Origin: a virus
Direction: 5' to 3' (one strand)
Length of the DNA: 64,000 nucleotides
Virus record (IMG/VR): IMGVR_UViG_3300042908_000680
Coordinates: 85,499-149,498 of that record
Made by a program: the position numbers and the translations under genes. Below the pieces are notes generated by a model. It was not told the DNA's origin. It did no database searches and worked only from the letters and a program-made list of their open reading frames with translations. Of the stretch, positions 49,837-60,212 are shown piece by piece. Numbering within the stretch: the first letter of the stretch is position 1; each line of letters opens with the position of its first letter.

Positions 49837-50529
49837 TCAAGATTCTAGAGCGTGTAAAACCGCTCCTAATATTCCATTTCTTTGTATATCTTGATAACCT
49901 AAACCGCAAATACCAATACCATTAATATTACTTAATTTATCTATGCATTCTAATAATCCATTACCACGATACAAGTCTGTTTGTTTTGTATCGCCATTGA
50001 TCATAACCTTAGAATTCTCGCCCATTCTTGTTATAAACATTTTGATCTGCTCTAATGTGCAATTTTGGGCTTCGTCTAAAATCATATATGCATTATGGAA
50101 TGTTGATCCTCTCATTGTTTCTAACGGCTCAAATCTTATTCTTCTAGTATTATAGTACAAGCCAAACTTATCTCTGCCTAGAAAATACTTAAGATTTTCT
50201 TCCATAGGCTGTAAGTATGGTTTAATCTTGTCCCCAAGTTCTCCCGGTAAAGAGCCAATATCTTTACCAGTGCAAACTAAAGGTCTTGTTACTATAATGG
50301 ATTCTATCTTATCCTTCATAAGATGTTCAGCAGCTATACCGGCAGCAATAAAAGATTTGCCAGTACCAGATGGGCCAGTGCAAAAAATAATATCATTCTC
50401 AACAATAGATAAGATATATTCTTTTTGATTGTCCGTTTTAGCTATTAAAACATTTTCTTTAGGAGTTTGCTTTTTATTTTTTTTGTTGTTATTATTCTTT
50501 CTCGGATTGTTATTTGCCGCTGCTGCCAA
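49837..50529 (-). CDS. phoH: PhoH-family ATPase
   Basis: GPSGTGKS, IVTRP, GSLPG, MRGSTF, ILDEAQN, TRMGE, GDTKQTD. Confidence 0.95.
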   Translation of the reverse strand: MAAAANNNPRKNNNNKKNKKQTPKENVLIAKTDNQKEYILSIVENDIIFCTGPSGTGKSFIAAGIAAEHLMKDKIESIIVTRPLVCTGKDIGSLPGELGDKIKPYLQPMEENLKYFLGRDKFGLYYNTRRIRFEPLETMRGSTFHNAYMILDEAQNCTLEQIKMFITRMGENSKVMINGDTKQTDLYRGNGLLECIDKLSNINGIGICGLGYQDIQRNGILGAVLHALES

Positions 50530-50929
50530 AGCCGTTGTCTCCCCGTTGCGAGGAACCTAACGTTTCATGGACCTCCATACTTACGCGAGGAACCTCTTGG
50601 AATATAATCTGAGCGATTCTATCCCCGGTATTTATACCTACAACTTCGTCAGAAGTGTTGTATAAGCATACCATTATTTCTCCTCTATATCCGCTATCCA
50701 CTACCCCTGCTAAAACATCAATACCTTGTTTAACTGACAAGCCCGATCTGGGCCAAATTAAACCGGCTAGATGATCTGGCATTTGTATTGCTATCCCCGT
50801 TCTGACAGTCTTACGTTGTTTTGGTGGTATGACGGTATCAAGTACTGAGTATAAGTCAAATCCTGCGTCATTTATGTTAGCCTTTGTTGGAACTTTGGCA
50901 TTATTATCAAGTAATTGAACAGAAATCAT
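50510..50929 (-). CDS. dut: Trimeric dUTPase
   Basis: AGFDL, PRSGLS, GVVDSGYRGE, DRIAQ, RGDNGFGSSG. Confidence 0.97.
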   Translation of the reverse strand: MISVQLLDNNAKVPTKANINDAGFDLYSVLDTVIPPKQRKTVRTGIAIQMPDHLAGLIWPRSGLSVKQGIDVLAGVVDSGYRGEIMVCLYNTSDEVVGINTGDRIAQIIFQEVPRVSMEVHETLGSSQRGDNGFGSSGK

Positions 50930-52005
50930 AGATCAAATCCTCCTAGGTCAACGTCCTCTAAGTCATTCTTACTAGCACCAATTTTATATGAAGTAATTTC
51001 ATGCTCTTGTGGTGCAACTTGTACCGATTCACTATTCATCCAAGGGTCAGTCCATCCAGATATTGGGTTTCTACAACCCTTATCGTATGGTAGTCCTATG
51101 TTCTTTCTTCTGGTCATACACAGCCAATCAATATATTCAGCCATAACTTTTTCATTCAAACCAATGATTGATCCATCTTTAAATAGGTATTCTGACCATG
51201 CCTTTTCTTCATTTGCTGCGGATTCAAACATTGCTACAGCTTCTTCTTGGCATTCTTCTGCTATCTTTACAAATCCCTCTTCTGGAACATTGTGAAGAAT
51301 CTTGATAATTTCTTGAGTATTATAAAGATGTAATGCCTCATCGCGTTTTATTAGCTTAATAATGTCTGCATTCCCAATCATTTTCTTATTTTCTGCAAAC
51401 GCGAATGCAGAGATAAATGAAACATAAAATCTAACCGCTTCAAGTATGTTAACGCTAATGAGAGTTAGGTAAATCTGCTTTTTTATATCTTTAACTTTGC
51501 CGGAATGACCTACTTCTCGTAAAGCGTTATATTCTTTTATTGCTACATTAGCTCGTTTGAGAATTTCTTTGTCTGTTAAACAGCTATCTAATATTTCACT
51601 AGGATTATTATATACGTTCTTAATGATATATGTATAGCTGTAACTATGAATTTGTTCGAAAAATTGCCAAACATTCATACAAGCTTCTAATTCTGGATTA
51701 GAAACATACTGATTGAAGCTTGGAACACCCCTACAAATAACTGAATCAAGCATAGTTTGATATTTAAGATTAGATGTGAAAATAAATCTTTCATTCTCAC
51801 TCATAATATCATCATTTTTGAAGTCATTACGATCTTTCTTCAGTTCTATTTCTTCTGGACGCCAAAAGAATTCAATTTGTTTCTTATATAAATCAAAAAA
51901 TACTGGATATTTAAATTTATCATATCTCTGTAATGATAAGTTTTCGCCTAAAAATAATGGTTGCTTCAAGTAGTCAACGTTTTTAGTATTTAATATTGTT
52001 TTCAT
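50926..52005 (-). CDS. nrdB: Class Ia ribonucleotide reductase beta subunit
   Basis: FFWRPEE, QTMLDS, EQIHSYSY, LEAVRFYVSF, RDEALH, QVAPQE. Confidence 0.95.
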   Translation of the reverse strand: MKTILNTKNVDYLKQPLFLGENLSLQRYDKFKYPVFFDLYKKQIEFFWRPEEIELKKDRNDFKNDDIMSENERFIFTSNLKYQTMLDSVICRGVPSFNQYVSNPELEACMNVWQFFEQIHSYSYTYIIKNVYNNPSEILDSCLTDKEILKRANVAIKEYNALREVGHSGKVKDIKKQIYLTLISVNILEAVRFYVSFISAFAFAENKKMIGNADIIKLIKRDEALHLYNTQEIIKILHNVPEEGFVKIAEECQEEAVAMFESAANEEKAWSEYLFKDGSIIGLNEKVMAEYIDWLCMTRRKNIGLPYDKGCRNPISGWTDPWMNSESVQVAPQEHEITSYKIGASKNDLEDVDLGGFDL

Positions 52006-52453
52006 GTTCCAATCTTCTTTCTATAGCTTTATTTATATCATCAAAAAAGCCTAACTCTTTGCGTTTACCATTAATTTGTATTCTTACTTGCCACTTTTTT
52101 CTTATTTTATTCCAAGAAATACCTCTATACCCACTAGTTGAATCTTTTCTAACATGTGAATTACTTTGATTAATTTCTTGTGTGACATCTCGTAAATTAT
52201 TAATACAATTATTCTGTTTATTTCTATCAATGTGATCTATTTGATTTTTAGGCCATTCATCATAATACAAATACCATGCCAATCTGTGTGCTTTATATCT
52301 TTTATATCCTACTGATATTACTATATACCCCTTATTATCAATAGTACCTGCGATATCTCCCGCCTTTGTATATCCCAAATTAGGATTTATTTTCCAGAAT
52401 ATATTTCCAGTGTTGGGGTCATATAATAACATTTCTTTTAAATTATATTGCAC
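51983..52453 (-). CDS. HNH-AP2 homing endonuclease between nrdA and nrdB
   Basis: YDPNTG, AHRLAW, IDHIDRNKQNNCINNLR (HNH_3), TSGYRGISW..KWQVRI..LGFFD (AP2). The likely start is a GTG at 52453 overlapping the end of nrdA. Confidence 0.9.
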   Translation of the reverse strand: MQYNLKEMLLYDPNTGNIFWKINPNLGYTKAGDIAGTIDNKGYIVISVGYKRYKAHRLAWYLYYDEWPKNQIDHIDRNKQNNCINNLRDVTQEINQSNSHVRKDSTSGYRGISWNKIRKKWQVRIQINGKRKELGFFDDINKAIERRLEHENNIKY

Positions 52454-54677
52454 AAGAACCACCCTCACAGGTAGATAACAAATCTTTTTCAGTATTACCA
52501 TCAGAATCTGGCGTATTGCAATAATAAAAGTTCTTTACACCATATTTATACCCCTGTATCTGATCTTTGATTAAAATACTCAAAGGAATATTGCCGTCAG
52601 GATAATGGGAATAATTATAGTATAAATTAACACTTATACTCATATCAACAAATTTTTGTAACACTGCACAAATATTTAATATTGCTTTGTTGTTTGGCAT
52701 TTCCCACGCTAAAGTATAGTAATTTTTACGAGAAGCATAATTTGGCACTAATTGCTTTAGGATGCCGTTCTTAGCCTTTTTATAAGACATGAGGCTACGG
52801 ACAGGTTCAATTCCATTTGTGCTGTTCTGGATGACGCTAGAGGACTCACAGGGCATTATAGCAGTCAGAGTAGAGTGTCTTAGACCATGAATTTTGATCC
52901 TAGCTCTCAAACCCTCCCAATCCATAATATACTCTGGCTTAACCAGTTCGTCAACTGTTTTTTTGTACCAATCGATTGGAAGCAATCCGCGAGAATATTT
53001 AGTCTCATTAAATTTATTACATGGACCCTTGAGTTCAGCAAGTTTGCAGGACTCATTTAGTAAGTACCACTGAATTTTTTCCATGATTTCATGAACTAAT
53101 CTTAATGTTTCGGCATCATCATATTTTAGCTTGTGCTTTGCTAAAAATGCAGCAAAATTAGTAATACCAATTCCAAGTGATCTACGATTCTTTGTAAAGT
53201 TTTCACCAGCCGCTACTGGATAATCTTGATAATCAATAATAGATTCTAAAGACTTTACAGCAATAGAGCAAGCTTTTTCTATGTCCTTGTTATCTTCCAG
53301 TTCAAGTAGGTTTAATGCTGACAGAATACAAATACCAATTTCGCCCTCTTTGTCATCTATAGATGATATTGGTTTAGTTGGATGGATAATTTCTTGACAT
53401 AGATTACTCATGTAAACTGGGGCATCCCATGATCCATGCTCATTAGCATTATCAATATTCATAACATAAATGCGACCAGTTTCTAATCTCTCTTTGGTAA
53501 AAATTTCAGCAAGCTTTCTTGCATTAATTTTCTTCTTCATCTTTACGTAGCGAGCGTTTTCATATTTTTCATATAGCTTTTTGAAGTCTTCATTATTGTT
53601 CATAGAACTATAAAGACCACCAGTTTCATGAGGACTCATTAGTGTAATGTCTTCATTTTTAATTAAACGCTCATAGAATAACTTGTTAAACTGAACAGAA
53701 TAATCTAGCTTTCTTACTCTATTATCGTCAGTTCCCGCGTTATTCTTTAATGTCATTACATCTTCAATTTCATAGTGCCAAAATGGAATATGCACAGTAG
53801 CAGAACCACCACGAATACCATTCTGACTTGTTGCTTTAACCGTTGACTCAAATATCTTTAAGTATGGGATAAGACCAGTATGAATTACTTCGCCGCCCCT
53901 AATGCTAGAGTTAATTGGGCGAATGCGGCCAATATTTAAACCAATGCCAGCCCTTCTTGCAGTATACTTTCCAACAGCGTGTACGCTTGAAAATATAGAA
54001 TCAAGATCATCTTCAACGTCTACTAGAACACAGCTAGCAAACTGTTTGATTTTAGTTCTTACGCCAGCCATGATTGGAGTTGGAAGATTAATCTTGAATG
54101 TAGAGAAACATTCATATGCTTCTTCTACTTCTTCTACGGTATCAAATAAAGACATAGCGATTGCTATATAAGCAAACTGTGGTGTTTCATACATTTGTCC
54201 GGTAGACCTATTTTTGATAAGATACTTATCTATCATTTGCTGTAATCCAGCATAAGTATACAAATAATCTCTATCATGATCAACAAACTTCTCAATCTGA
54301 TCTATTTGTTCTTTACTCCACTTTGATAGTAGAGTATCGTCATATATTTCAGCTTTTACGTTACTAGATATATGAGACAACAAACTTGGTGGAGCATCAT
54401 GGTTTTCCCAAAGATCTTTTCTGAGAGACATATTCAATAGTCTAGATGCAACATATTGATAGTTTGGCTTGCTGGGAGAAGTTAGATCGTTAGCAGACTT
54501 GATTAAGATTTGATGGATTTCTTCTGTGGTTATTCCATCTTTTAAAGAGAGGTTAGCATTCATCTCTATATCTGACCAAGAAACGTTAGCGATGTCTTTT
54601 ATCGCCCACTCTACAACTTTATGAATCTTCTCAACTGTATAGACTTCGAAACTACCGTTCCTTTTTTGAACGCGCAT
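52443..54677 (-). CDS. nrdA: Class Ia ribonucleotide reductase alpha subunit with ATP cone
   Basis: VQKRNG ATP cone, PTPIMAG, QFASCVL, SQNGIRGG, SNLCQEI, MPCESSS, FYY, C-terminal CEGGSCAI. Confidence 0.96.
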   Translation of the reverse strand: MRVQKRNGSFEVYTVEKIHKVVEWAIKDIANVSWSDIEMNANLSLKDGITTEEIHQILIKSANDLTSPSKPNYQYVASRLLNMSLRKDLWENHDAPPSLLSHISSNVKAEIYDDTLLSKWSKEQIDQIEKFVDHDRDYLYTYAGLQQMIDKYLIKNRSTGQMYETPQFAYIAIAMSLFDTVEEVEEAYECFSTFKINLPTPIMAGVRTKIKQFASCVLVDVEDDLDSIFSSVHAVGKYTARRAGIGLNIGRIRPINSSIRGGEVIHTGLIPYLKIFESTVKATSQNGIRGGSATVHIPFWHYEIEDVMTLKNNAGTDDNRVRKLDYSVQFNKLFYERLIKNEDITLMSPHETGGLYSSMNNNEDFKKLYEKYENARYVKMKKKINARKLAEIFTKERLETGRIYVMNIDNANEHGSWDAPVYMSNLCQEIIHPTKPISSIDDKEGEIGICILSALNLLELEDNKDIEKACSIAVKSLESIIDYQDYPVAAGENFTKNRRSLGIGITNFAAFLAKHKLKYDDAETLRLVHEIMEKIQWYLLNESCKLAELKGPCNKFNETKYSRGLLPIDWYKKTVDELVKPEYIMDWEGLRARIKIHGLRHSTLTAIMPCESSSVIQNSTNGIEPVRSLMSYKKAKNGILKQLVPNYASRKNYYTLAWEMPNNKAILNICAVLQKFVDMSISVNLYYNYSHYPDGNIPLSILIKDQIQGYKYGVKNFYYCNTPDSDGNTEKDLLSTCEGGSCAI

Positions 54678-54703
54678 AATCCCCTCTTTCTTTTAATCAA
54701 CTA

Positions 54704-55342
54704 TCAATATTCGTTAAAAAGTTTTCTGAACAATCTTTCAAGTATAAACTTTAATATAACGGGCAAAACAACATAGATTAGCAAGAATGTTAGCACAACT
54801 GATCCATGCATTACTTCTGGATCTTGTTTTATATTAGACATTACGAAGTCTTTGCAATCTCTTTTTAGTTGCCTCTTGCTATATTTGTCACACTCCGCAA
54901 AGTTCATTCCGCCTTGGCTAGCTATTGTAGCCCATTCGTTGCCATACTGCAAACATTTTTTGGCTAAAAAGTTTCTTTCTTCGTCTGCGTATTCAGCATC
55001 AATCTGAGCTTCTATATCGCTTGTGTCGAAAGAACTACCAAACAGAGTTTCTGAGTTTTCATCATATGAAAACTTGATATCTGGAAGGTATCTCAGCTTT
55101 AGTGTACCACCATCTTTACCCAAAGTCAAGCCCTGCACGTAAGCACTCAGCTTTATGTACTTTTGCCAAGTGACCTTTGGGAGAGATTCAGTAAATGAAA
55201 GAATGATATTTTCAGAGGTATCTTTTATGACTTTAATATCTAATGGCTGTGGGAAACTTATATTTAGATTTTTAATGTCATAACCATTTTTTGAAAAGAT
55301 GAAATCAACAATTTGTTTAATTTGTAAAATTGGTATTGCCAT
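54704..55342 (-). CDS. Hypothetical protein with C-terminal membrane anchor
   Basis: VVLTFLLIYVVLPVILKFIL near the C-terminus. Confidence 0.6.
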   Translation of the reverse strand: MAIPILQIKQIVDFIFSKNGYDIKNLNISFPQPLDIKVIKDTSENIILSFTESLPKVTWQKYIKLSAYVQGLTLGKDGGTLKLRYLPDIKFSYDENSETLFGSSFDTSDIEAQIDAEYADEERNFLAKKCLQYGNEWATIASQGGMNFAECDKYSKRQLKRDCKDFVMSNIKQDPEVMHGSVVLTFLLIYVVLPVILKFILERLFRKLFNEY

Positions 55343-55345
55343 ATG

Positions 55346-55813
55346 TTAATTCTTCTGTATTAGTGACCAAGCCAAGCCCATAAATCTATCTGAGATTTTA
55401 TTTTTTTCTTCGTCTGTTAGTTTATGATTATCATCACCACCAGCAGCAGAAGTAATTAAATCTATGATAGCAACGTCTAAATCTTTGTACTTATCGTTCA
55501 TGGACCCCTCAAAGAATCCATTTGCAGATAATGCTAGCACATCATTTACTTGTTGTAACTGAGCGTCATAGGTTTTTACCCTACTAGCAAACTCTTGACT
55601 ATATATAGCCATTTTTGCTCTATCTGTTGGATCAGTTATTAATGTCGATATTGGCTTAACTAATTCTATAATTTCGTCGCTGGGGCGATCAATATTTAGA
55701 ATAGCAACATCGGGCTTTGGAAAAACTGGAATTAAATTTAATACCGGTTTGTATAAAGCAAAACCTAGTAATACTAGTGCTATAAGATTTCTAACCTTAA
55801 GAAACTTTTCCAT
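55346..55813 (-). CDS. N-terminally anchored helical membrane protein
   Basis: LIALVLLGFALY TM/signal segment followed by a helical domain; GAGGA RBS before MEKFL. Confidence 0.6.
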   Translation of the reverse strand: MEKFLKVRNLIALVLLGFALYKPVLNLIPVFPKPDVAILNIDRPSDEIIELVKPISTLITDPTDRAKMAIYSQEFASRVKTYDAQLQQVNDVLALSANGFFEGSMNDKYKDLDVAIIDLITSAAGGDDNHKLTDEEKNKISDRFMGLAWSLIQKN

Positions 55814-56072
55814 CGTTGTCCTCAATTACTTTGTTTAATAGTGGAAATACTTCGTCTAATTTTTCAGACGCTACGGTTAAATGGTATTCATCGCATTTAT
55901 TTTTTAGCTGATACCATAAACTAACTATTTCCAAAAATCCCTCTTCTTTGTTCTCTACAACTTTGACTTTAGACTTAGCAAATAATCTAGATACCCAGTA
56001 TGGAATATCTACAAAGTTAGTTGCTAATATAAGTAAAGCAATTACAATCAACCAAACATTCCACGATTCCAT
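55797..56072 (-). CDS. Small membrane protein
   Basis: VWLIVIALLILA TM followed by a helical hairpin. Confidence 0.6.
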   Translation of the reverse strand: MESWNVWLIVIALLILATNFVDIPYWVSRLFAKSKVKVVENKEEGFLEIVSLWYQLKNKCDEYHLTVASEKLDEVFPLLNKVIEDNDGKVS

Positions 56073-56076
56073 CTTA

Positions 56077-56382
56077 TTACCTCTTTAAATTAGTGGTCTT
56101 TGCATGAAATGGGCATACTGTTTTATGACCATCTCCTTGAACTATTATTCCTGTGCCTTTGCAAATGCATTTTGCTGGATCTGGATCAACATCCACAACC
56201 GGCTGTGGTTTTGGATCTACCTTAAAAACCTCTTTTTCTGCATTGTCAAAAGCCGCCTTACACTTCTCTTGCCACTCCGTTACGTAAGAAGAGTACATAT
56301 TTGTTATATCTTCTGGATTGACAGAAAACATATTATTTGAGCATCCAGTTACTAATAATACTGATAGTATATATTTATTCAT
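56077..56382 (-). CDS. Lipoprotein with C-terminal Cys/His motif (DnaJ-type half zinc finger)
   Basis: MNKYILSVLLVTG-C lipobox; CICKGTG...CPFH. Confidence 0.7.
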   Translation of the reverse strand: MNKYILSVLLVTGCSNNMFSVNPEDITNMYSSYVTEWQEKCKAAFDNAEKEVFKVDPKPQPVVDVDPDPAKCICKGTGIIVQGDGHKTVCPFHAKTTNLKR

Positions 56383-56390
56383 TGTAAGTC

Positions 56391-57689
56391 CTAGTATAAA
56401 GTAAATGAGGATAGGTCGATAGTTGTTATCGTATATGAATTACCAGATCTATTATTTCTTGTCCAAAGTAGATTCATATTAGTATTTAATGTACTTATAA
56501 AATTACTATAGAATGGTCCACTGTCTGGTCCGGTCCATGTTATTATCAAAACCAATTGATTATTGATGATTAAAAATGATGGGTTGCCACTATCTCCACC
56601 TATTATTGATTCATGAAATAATATTCTATTTGGGTATGTATTATAATAACTATTATTGGGATCAAGATAATTTTGTGTTGGTTGCTGTGTATATGCGGAA
56701 CTGCCCGTTGGGTCCACGTATAGAAATTCTTTTACTAAAGCTTTTTCTTCTTGATCTAAAGATAGCATTGGAAGTCTGTAGATGGTATAAGTACCACTTT
56801 TATTTCTATAAATTGTAGGTAAATATATAGACCAATTAGAAGGAAGTAATTTGGCAAAACTAATGGAATTTGGTACGTCAGAATCTAAAAGTCCCAAATA
56901 AATATCAGTAGTTAATGTTGGTATTTTATCTATTAATGTTCTTTCTATAACAACATTATTGCTGGTGATAAATCTAACTTTAGCCCCTATATCCATTTCA
57001 TAGTGAGTTGCAAAAACTAAATGGCTTGGACTAATAAGAGTTCCGGCCCTAGTATTTGATCCAGTTGTATTCCAAGGACTTATGCAAGTTAAATCTAAAT
57101 CATAAGCCCAACAATTAGTATTTCTAACGTATGTAGAAGTTGAATGGTCTTGAGTACTATAAATGTTCTTTGCTATAGTTGGGTTTTTATTTAATAGTCT
57201 ATTATCGACATTATCAGAACAATTTTTTGCCAAGCTTCCAGATGTAAACTCACAAAAAGCATCTATTTGTCCACCTATATTACAATTGACATTTACTTCT
57301 GCAATGTTAAAATCAGATGTATTTATTCCACTTGCTATAATTTTTACTGCTCTTTTAGAAGTGCTTCCCGTTGGCACTCCAGAACATATATAGTTGTTAG
57401 GATTTAAATTTGATAAAATACTGTTATCTGTACTATATACAGTAACTGATATATCATCTTGTTTATATAATATTATATTAAAATCAGTTATAGTAGATGA
57501 ATTAGTAGATCTGAATACTGTAGCGTCATAATTCGTAGTATAGCCAGAGCCAGTAGAAACTAATATCCTATCTTGGGGCTGTGCTGTGATTTTTACTCTA
57601 TCTCCACCAATATCTGGTTTTTTAAACAGATAAGATGAATTCTCAGATATAGAACCACAATTGAGAGGTATATTTTGAGCTTCTATCAT
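56391..57689 (-). CDS. Trypsin-like serine protease (cassette 2)
   Basis: Triad: RAGTLISPSHLVFATHY, TDIYLGLL, GGDSGNP. N-terminal PLNCGS motif shared with its paralog. Confidence 0.85.
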   Translation of the reverse strand: MIEAQNIPLNCGSISENSSYLFKKPDIGGDRVKITAQPQDRILVSTGSGYTTNYDATVFRSTNSSTITDFNIILYKQDDISVTVYSTDNSILSNLNPNNYICSGVPTGSTSKRAVKIIASGINTSDFNIAEVNVNCNIGGQIDAFCEFTSGSLAKNCSDNVDNRLLNKNPTIAKNIYSTQDHSTSTYVRNTNCWAYDLDLTCISPWNTTGSNTRAGTLISPSHLVFATHYEMDIGAKVRFITSNNVVIERTLIDKIPTLTTDIYLGLLDSDVPNSISFAKLLPSNWSIYLPTIYRNKSGTYTIYRLPMLSLDQEEKALVKEFLYVDPTGSSAYTQQPTQNYLDPNNSYYNTYPNRILFHESIIGGDSGNPSFLIINNQLVLIITWTGPDSGPFYSNFISTLNTNMNLLWTRNNRSGNSYTITTIDLSSFTLY

Positions 57690-58993
57690 TATGGTGTTCC
57701 ATAGCTAGCTTGACAGTAATTTACTGCCGCTACCCATCTAATATTTTTAGTTGCTAATCCAGTAACTCTAATAGACAATCCTCCATTTGTAGCATCTGCT
57801 GCTACGCTGGCTAAAGCCGAAGTCATACCAGCATCTTTCCAGCTTGTTTCAGTGGGTGTTCCAATCAAAGCGGTAGTACTAGCACCAACCCCTCTTTTAA
57901 TACCTCCAACAAAATTCCATACGGCTGAAGAAGTATCCGTGTCATTATAAGCACTAATTTGTATGTTAAAATTTACCGTAGTTTTATCTGGTAAAAATAT
58001 AAAATTTCTTGAAATTGTGTTATTTGGCGATGTCACTAAAGATGCAGATCCATTTGCCGTTAAAATCACATTTGATGTATTACTTGATGTTTCAATTCTT
58101 AGCACTATAGTTGATAGCTGTGCATCTCCCGCAGAAGAGAAACTACCACCGGCTTGCGCCACTTCTCCAAACAAAGTAGTTTTTGCAGATCGACCACCTA
58201 AAATAGATGAATATACTCCGCTAGTAATATTGTTTTGACCGGCAATAATGCTAGAAGATTCAGCAATTGCTGTGTTTGTATATCCATTTCCAATAAAGGT
58301 GTAGTCTGAAATAGTAGAATTACCAAAACCATTTATAATAGCAGAATAATTTCCTCTATTATTATTAAAAAATCCATTACATATCAAACCAAAGTCAGCG
58401 GATGTTACAGTATTTCTTTGACCATTAATTATGGTAGCGCGATTAGAGCTTGATGTTCCAGCAGTATTTCTATCTCCATTAAGAATAGATGTATAAACAC
58501 CGCTACCAACACAGCCATTACCAGATAAAATTGTTATATAATAACCACTTGCAGTACAAGTATTAGCGTGATAAATACCATTATAGTTAAAACTTGAACC
58601 AAGCAGTGATGAAATTATTGAGTTTCCTGATCCCAAGCATAGATTTCCGCTTCCTAATATATTGTTAAATTTTGTAGTATTATTACCAGAGATTTCAACT
58701 ATTGGGGATGAGATTACTATTCCGCCAACTATAGATCCATCACCAACATATAGTTTTTTAGTATCGGTTGTCCATAACGGTTCTGCTACCGATGGAGTTA
58801 CCAATAGTCTTTCTGAATCAAGACCCTGCTTTAATTGCAAAGTTGCAGCTTGATTTAGTACAGAACTTCTTAATGTGCTGGCAGAAACTTTTTTTGTTAT
58901 TGCTTGATCATTTGGGCTATCCACCATAACAAAAAGATCATCATCTGTTACAGATGATACTGATGGTAACTGCGTTATTTTTACAACACCCAT
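57689..58993 (-). CDS. Tail-fibre-like protein: Mtd/hyaluronidase-type N-terminal anchor + beta-helix repeats (cassette 2)
   Basis: KITQLP..DDDLFVMVD..TKKVS; LQLKQG..TP..AEP..TDTKKLYVGDG..GG; ~15-aa SxIxxGxxN repeats; C-terminal LSIRVTG..IRWVA domain. Confidence 0.75.
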   Translation of the reverse strand: MGVVKITQLPSVSSVTDDDLFVMVDSPNDQAITKKVSASTLRSSVLNQAATLQLKQGLDSERLLVTPSVAEPLWTTDTKKLYVGDGSIVGGIVISSPIVEISGNNTTKFNNILGSGNLCLGSGNSIISSLLGSSFNYNGIYHANTCTASGYYITILSGNGCVGSGVYTSILNGDRNTAGTSSSNRATIINGQRNTVTSADFGLICNGFFNNNRGNYSAIINGFGNSTISDYTFIGNGYTNTAIAESSSIIAGQNNITSGVYSSILGGRSAKTTLFGEVAQAGGSFSSAGDAQLSTIVLRIETSSNTSNVILTANGSASLVTSPNNTISRNFIFLPDKTTVNFNIQISAYNDTDTSSAVWNFVGGIKRGVGASTTALIGTPTETSWKDAGMTSALASVAADATNGGLSIRVTGLATKNIRWVAAVNYCQASYGTP

Positions 58994-59002
58994 ATTAAAC
59001 TC

Positions 59003-60211
59003 CTAATAAGATAAAAAAGATGAAAGATCTATTGTAGTCAATTGATACCCACCGCCAAGCTGAGACATCATTTGATTTATTGCATCTTTTTCTAATGATG
59101 TAAAGCTTCCAGATCCACCTATCCCCCAAGTAGTAACAAATATGAGTACTAATTCATTATTTATCAAAAGAAATGCCGGACTACCAGAATCTCCAGTATA
59201 TAGCTCTCTAAAAAATGGTCTACGTATAGAAGTTAGTTCTTGACCTATACATTTTGCTATAGAAGATAACTGATATAGGTTTGTGACGCTTACATATTCT
59301 GACTGATCCACTATTATAACCGGTATTTCTATTCCACGCTTAATATTTGGCAGATATTTTCCAAAGTCAATTGGAAGAATTTTTGTAAATAAAATTGTAT
59401 TTGGAAGATCTGAATCCAATAAACCCACTTGTATATCATTGAACTTACTTGTAGAATTATAATTTGGATGAGTAATAATACCCGTGATAGTTCTAGTTAT
59501 TGATACATTATTATTTGTTACAAATCTTATAGTTGATCCACTTGCAATAGGATAGTGGGCAGCAAACATTACATGCCTAGGGCTTATCAAAACGCCCGCC
59601 CTGTTTGCTATTCCGTAGGAATTCCATGGGCTGATGCATGTAAAATCAACATTTTTAAATACAAAAGAAGAATTTCTAGTGTAAATATTATTTGCGTGAT
59701 TTTGAATAGAGTATACTTGCTGTGAAGAGGTTGGTGATATTCCAGATATTTTTAAATCTACTTGATCTGTTATATGACTTGATAAACTATTATTCACAAA
59801 AGACAAAAAGGTATCTTGATTTGATGTACTACCAATTGGAGAATATTGTATATTGATATTAACATATTGATTAGATCCATCATCAAAAGATAGTTCTAAT
59901 ATATCATTTCCTACTGATATTCCAGAACATTGCAGATTATTAACAAGAACATTATTTGAATAGTTTTTTATAGATATTATTTTTTTACTAGATGATTCAA
60001 AGATAAAATCTCTGATTCCAGATGAACTAGATACTCTATATATATTTGTATCTTTGTCAATTATGGAACCCGAAGATGATGGCGAAATGGGCCTAAAATA
60101 ACTACTATATTCCAACCTTGAAGATAAATTGGGTTTACTAAATGTCCAAGATGGAGGATTATTAGTAGATCCACAGTTTATCGGAACGCCTTTTGCTTGT
60201 AAAATAGACAT
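59003..60211 (-). CDS. Trypsin-like serine protease (cassette 1)
   Basis: Triad: RAGVLISPRHVMFAAHY, NDIQVGLL, TGDSGSP. Likely start is MSILQAKGVPINCGS. Confidence 0.85.
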   Translation of the reverse strand: MSILQAKGVPINCGSTNNPPSWTFSKPNLSSRLEYSSYFRPISPSSSGSIIDKDTNIYRVSSSSGIRDFIFESSSKKIISIKNYSNNVLVNNLQCSGISVGNDILELSFDDGSNQYVNINIQYSPIGSTSNQDTFLSFVNNSLSSHITDQVDLKISGISPTSSQQVYSIQNHANNIYTRNSSFVFKNVDFTCISPWNSYGIANRAGVLISPRHVMFAAHYPIASGSTIRFVTNNNVSITRTITGIITHPNYNSTSKFNDIQVGLLDSDLPNTILFTKILPIDFGKYLPNIKRGIEIPVIIVDQSEYVSVTNLYQLSSIAKCIGQELTSIRRPFFRELYTGDSGSPAFLLINNELVLIFVTTWGIGGSGSFTSLEKDAINQMMSQLGGGYQLTTIDLSSFLSY

Positions 60212-60212
60212 A

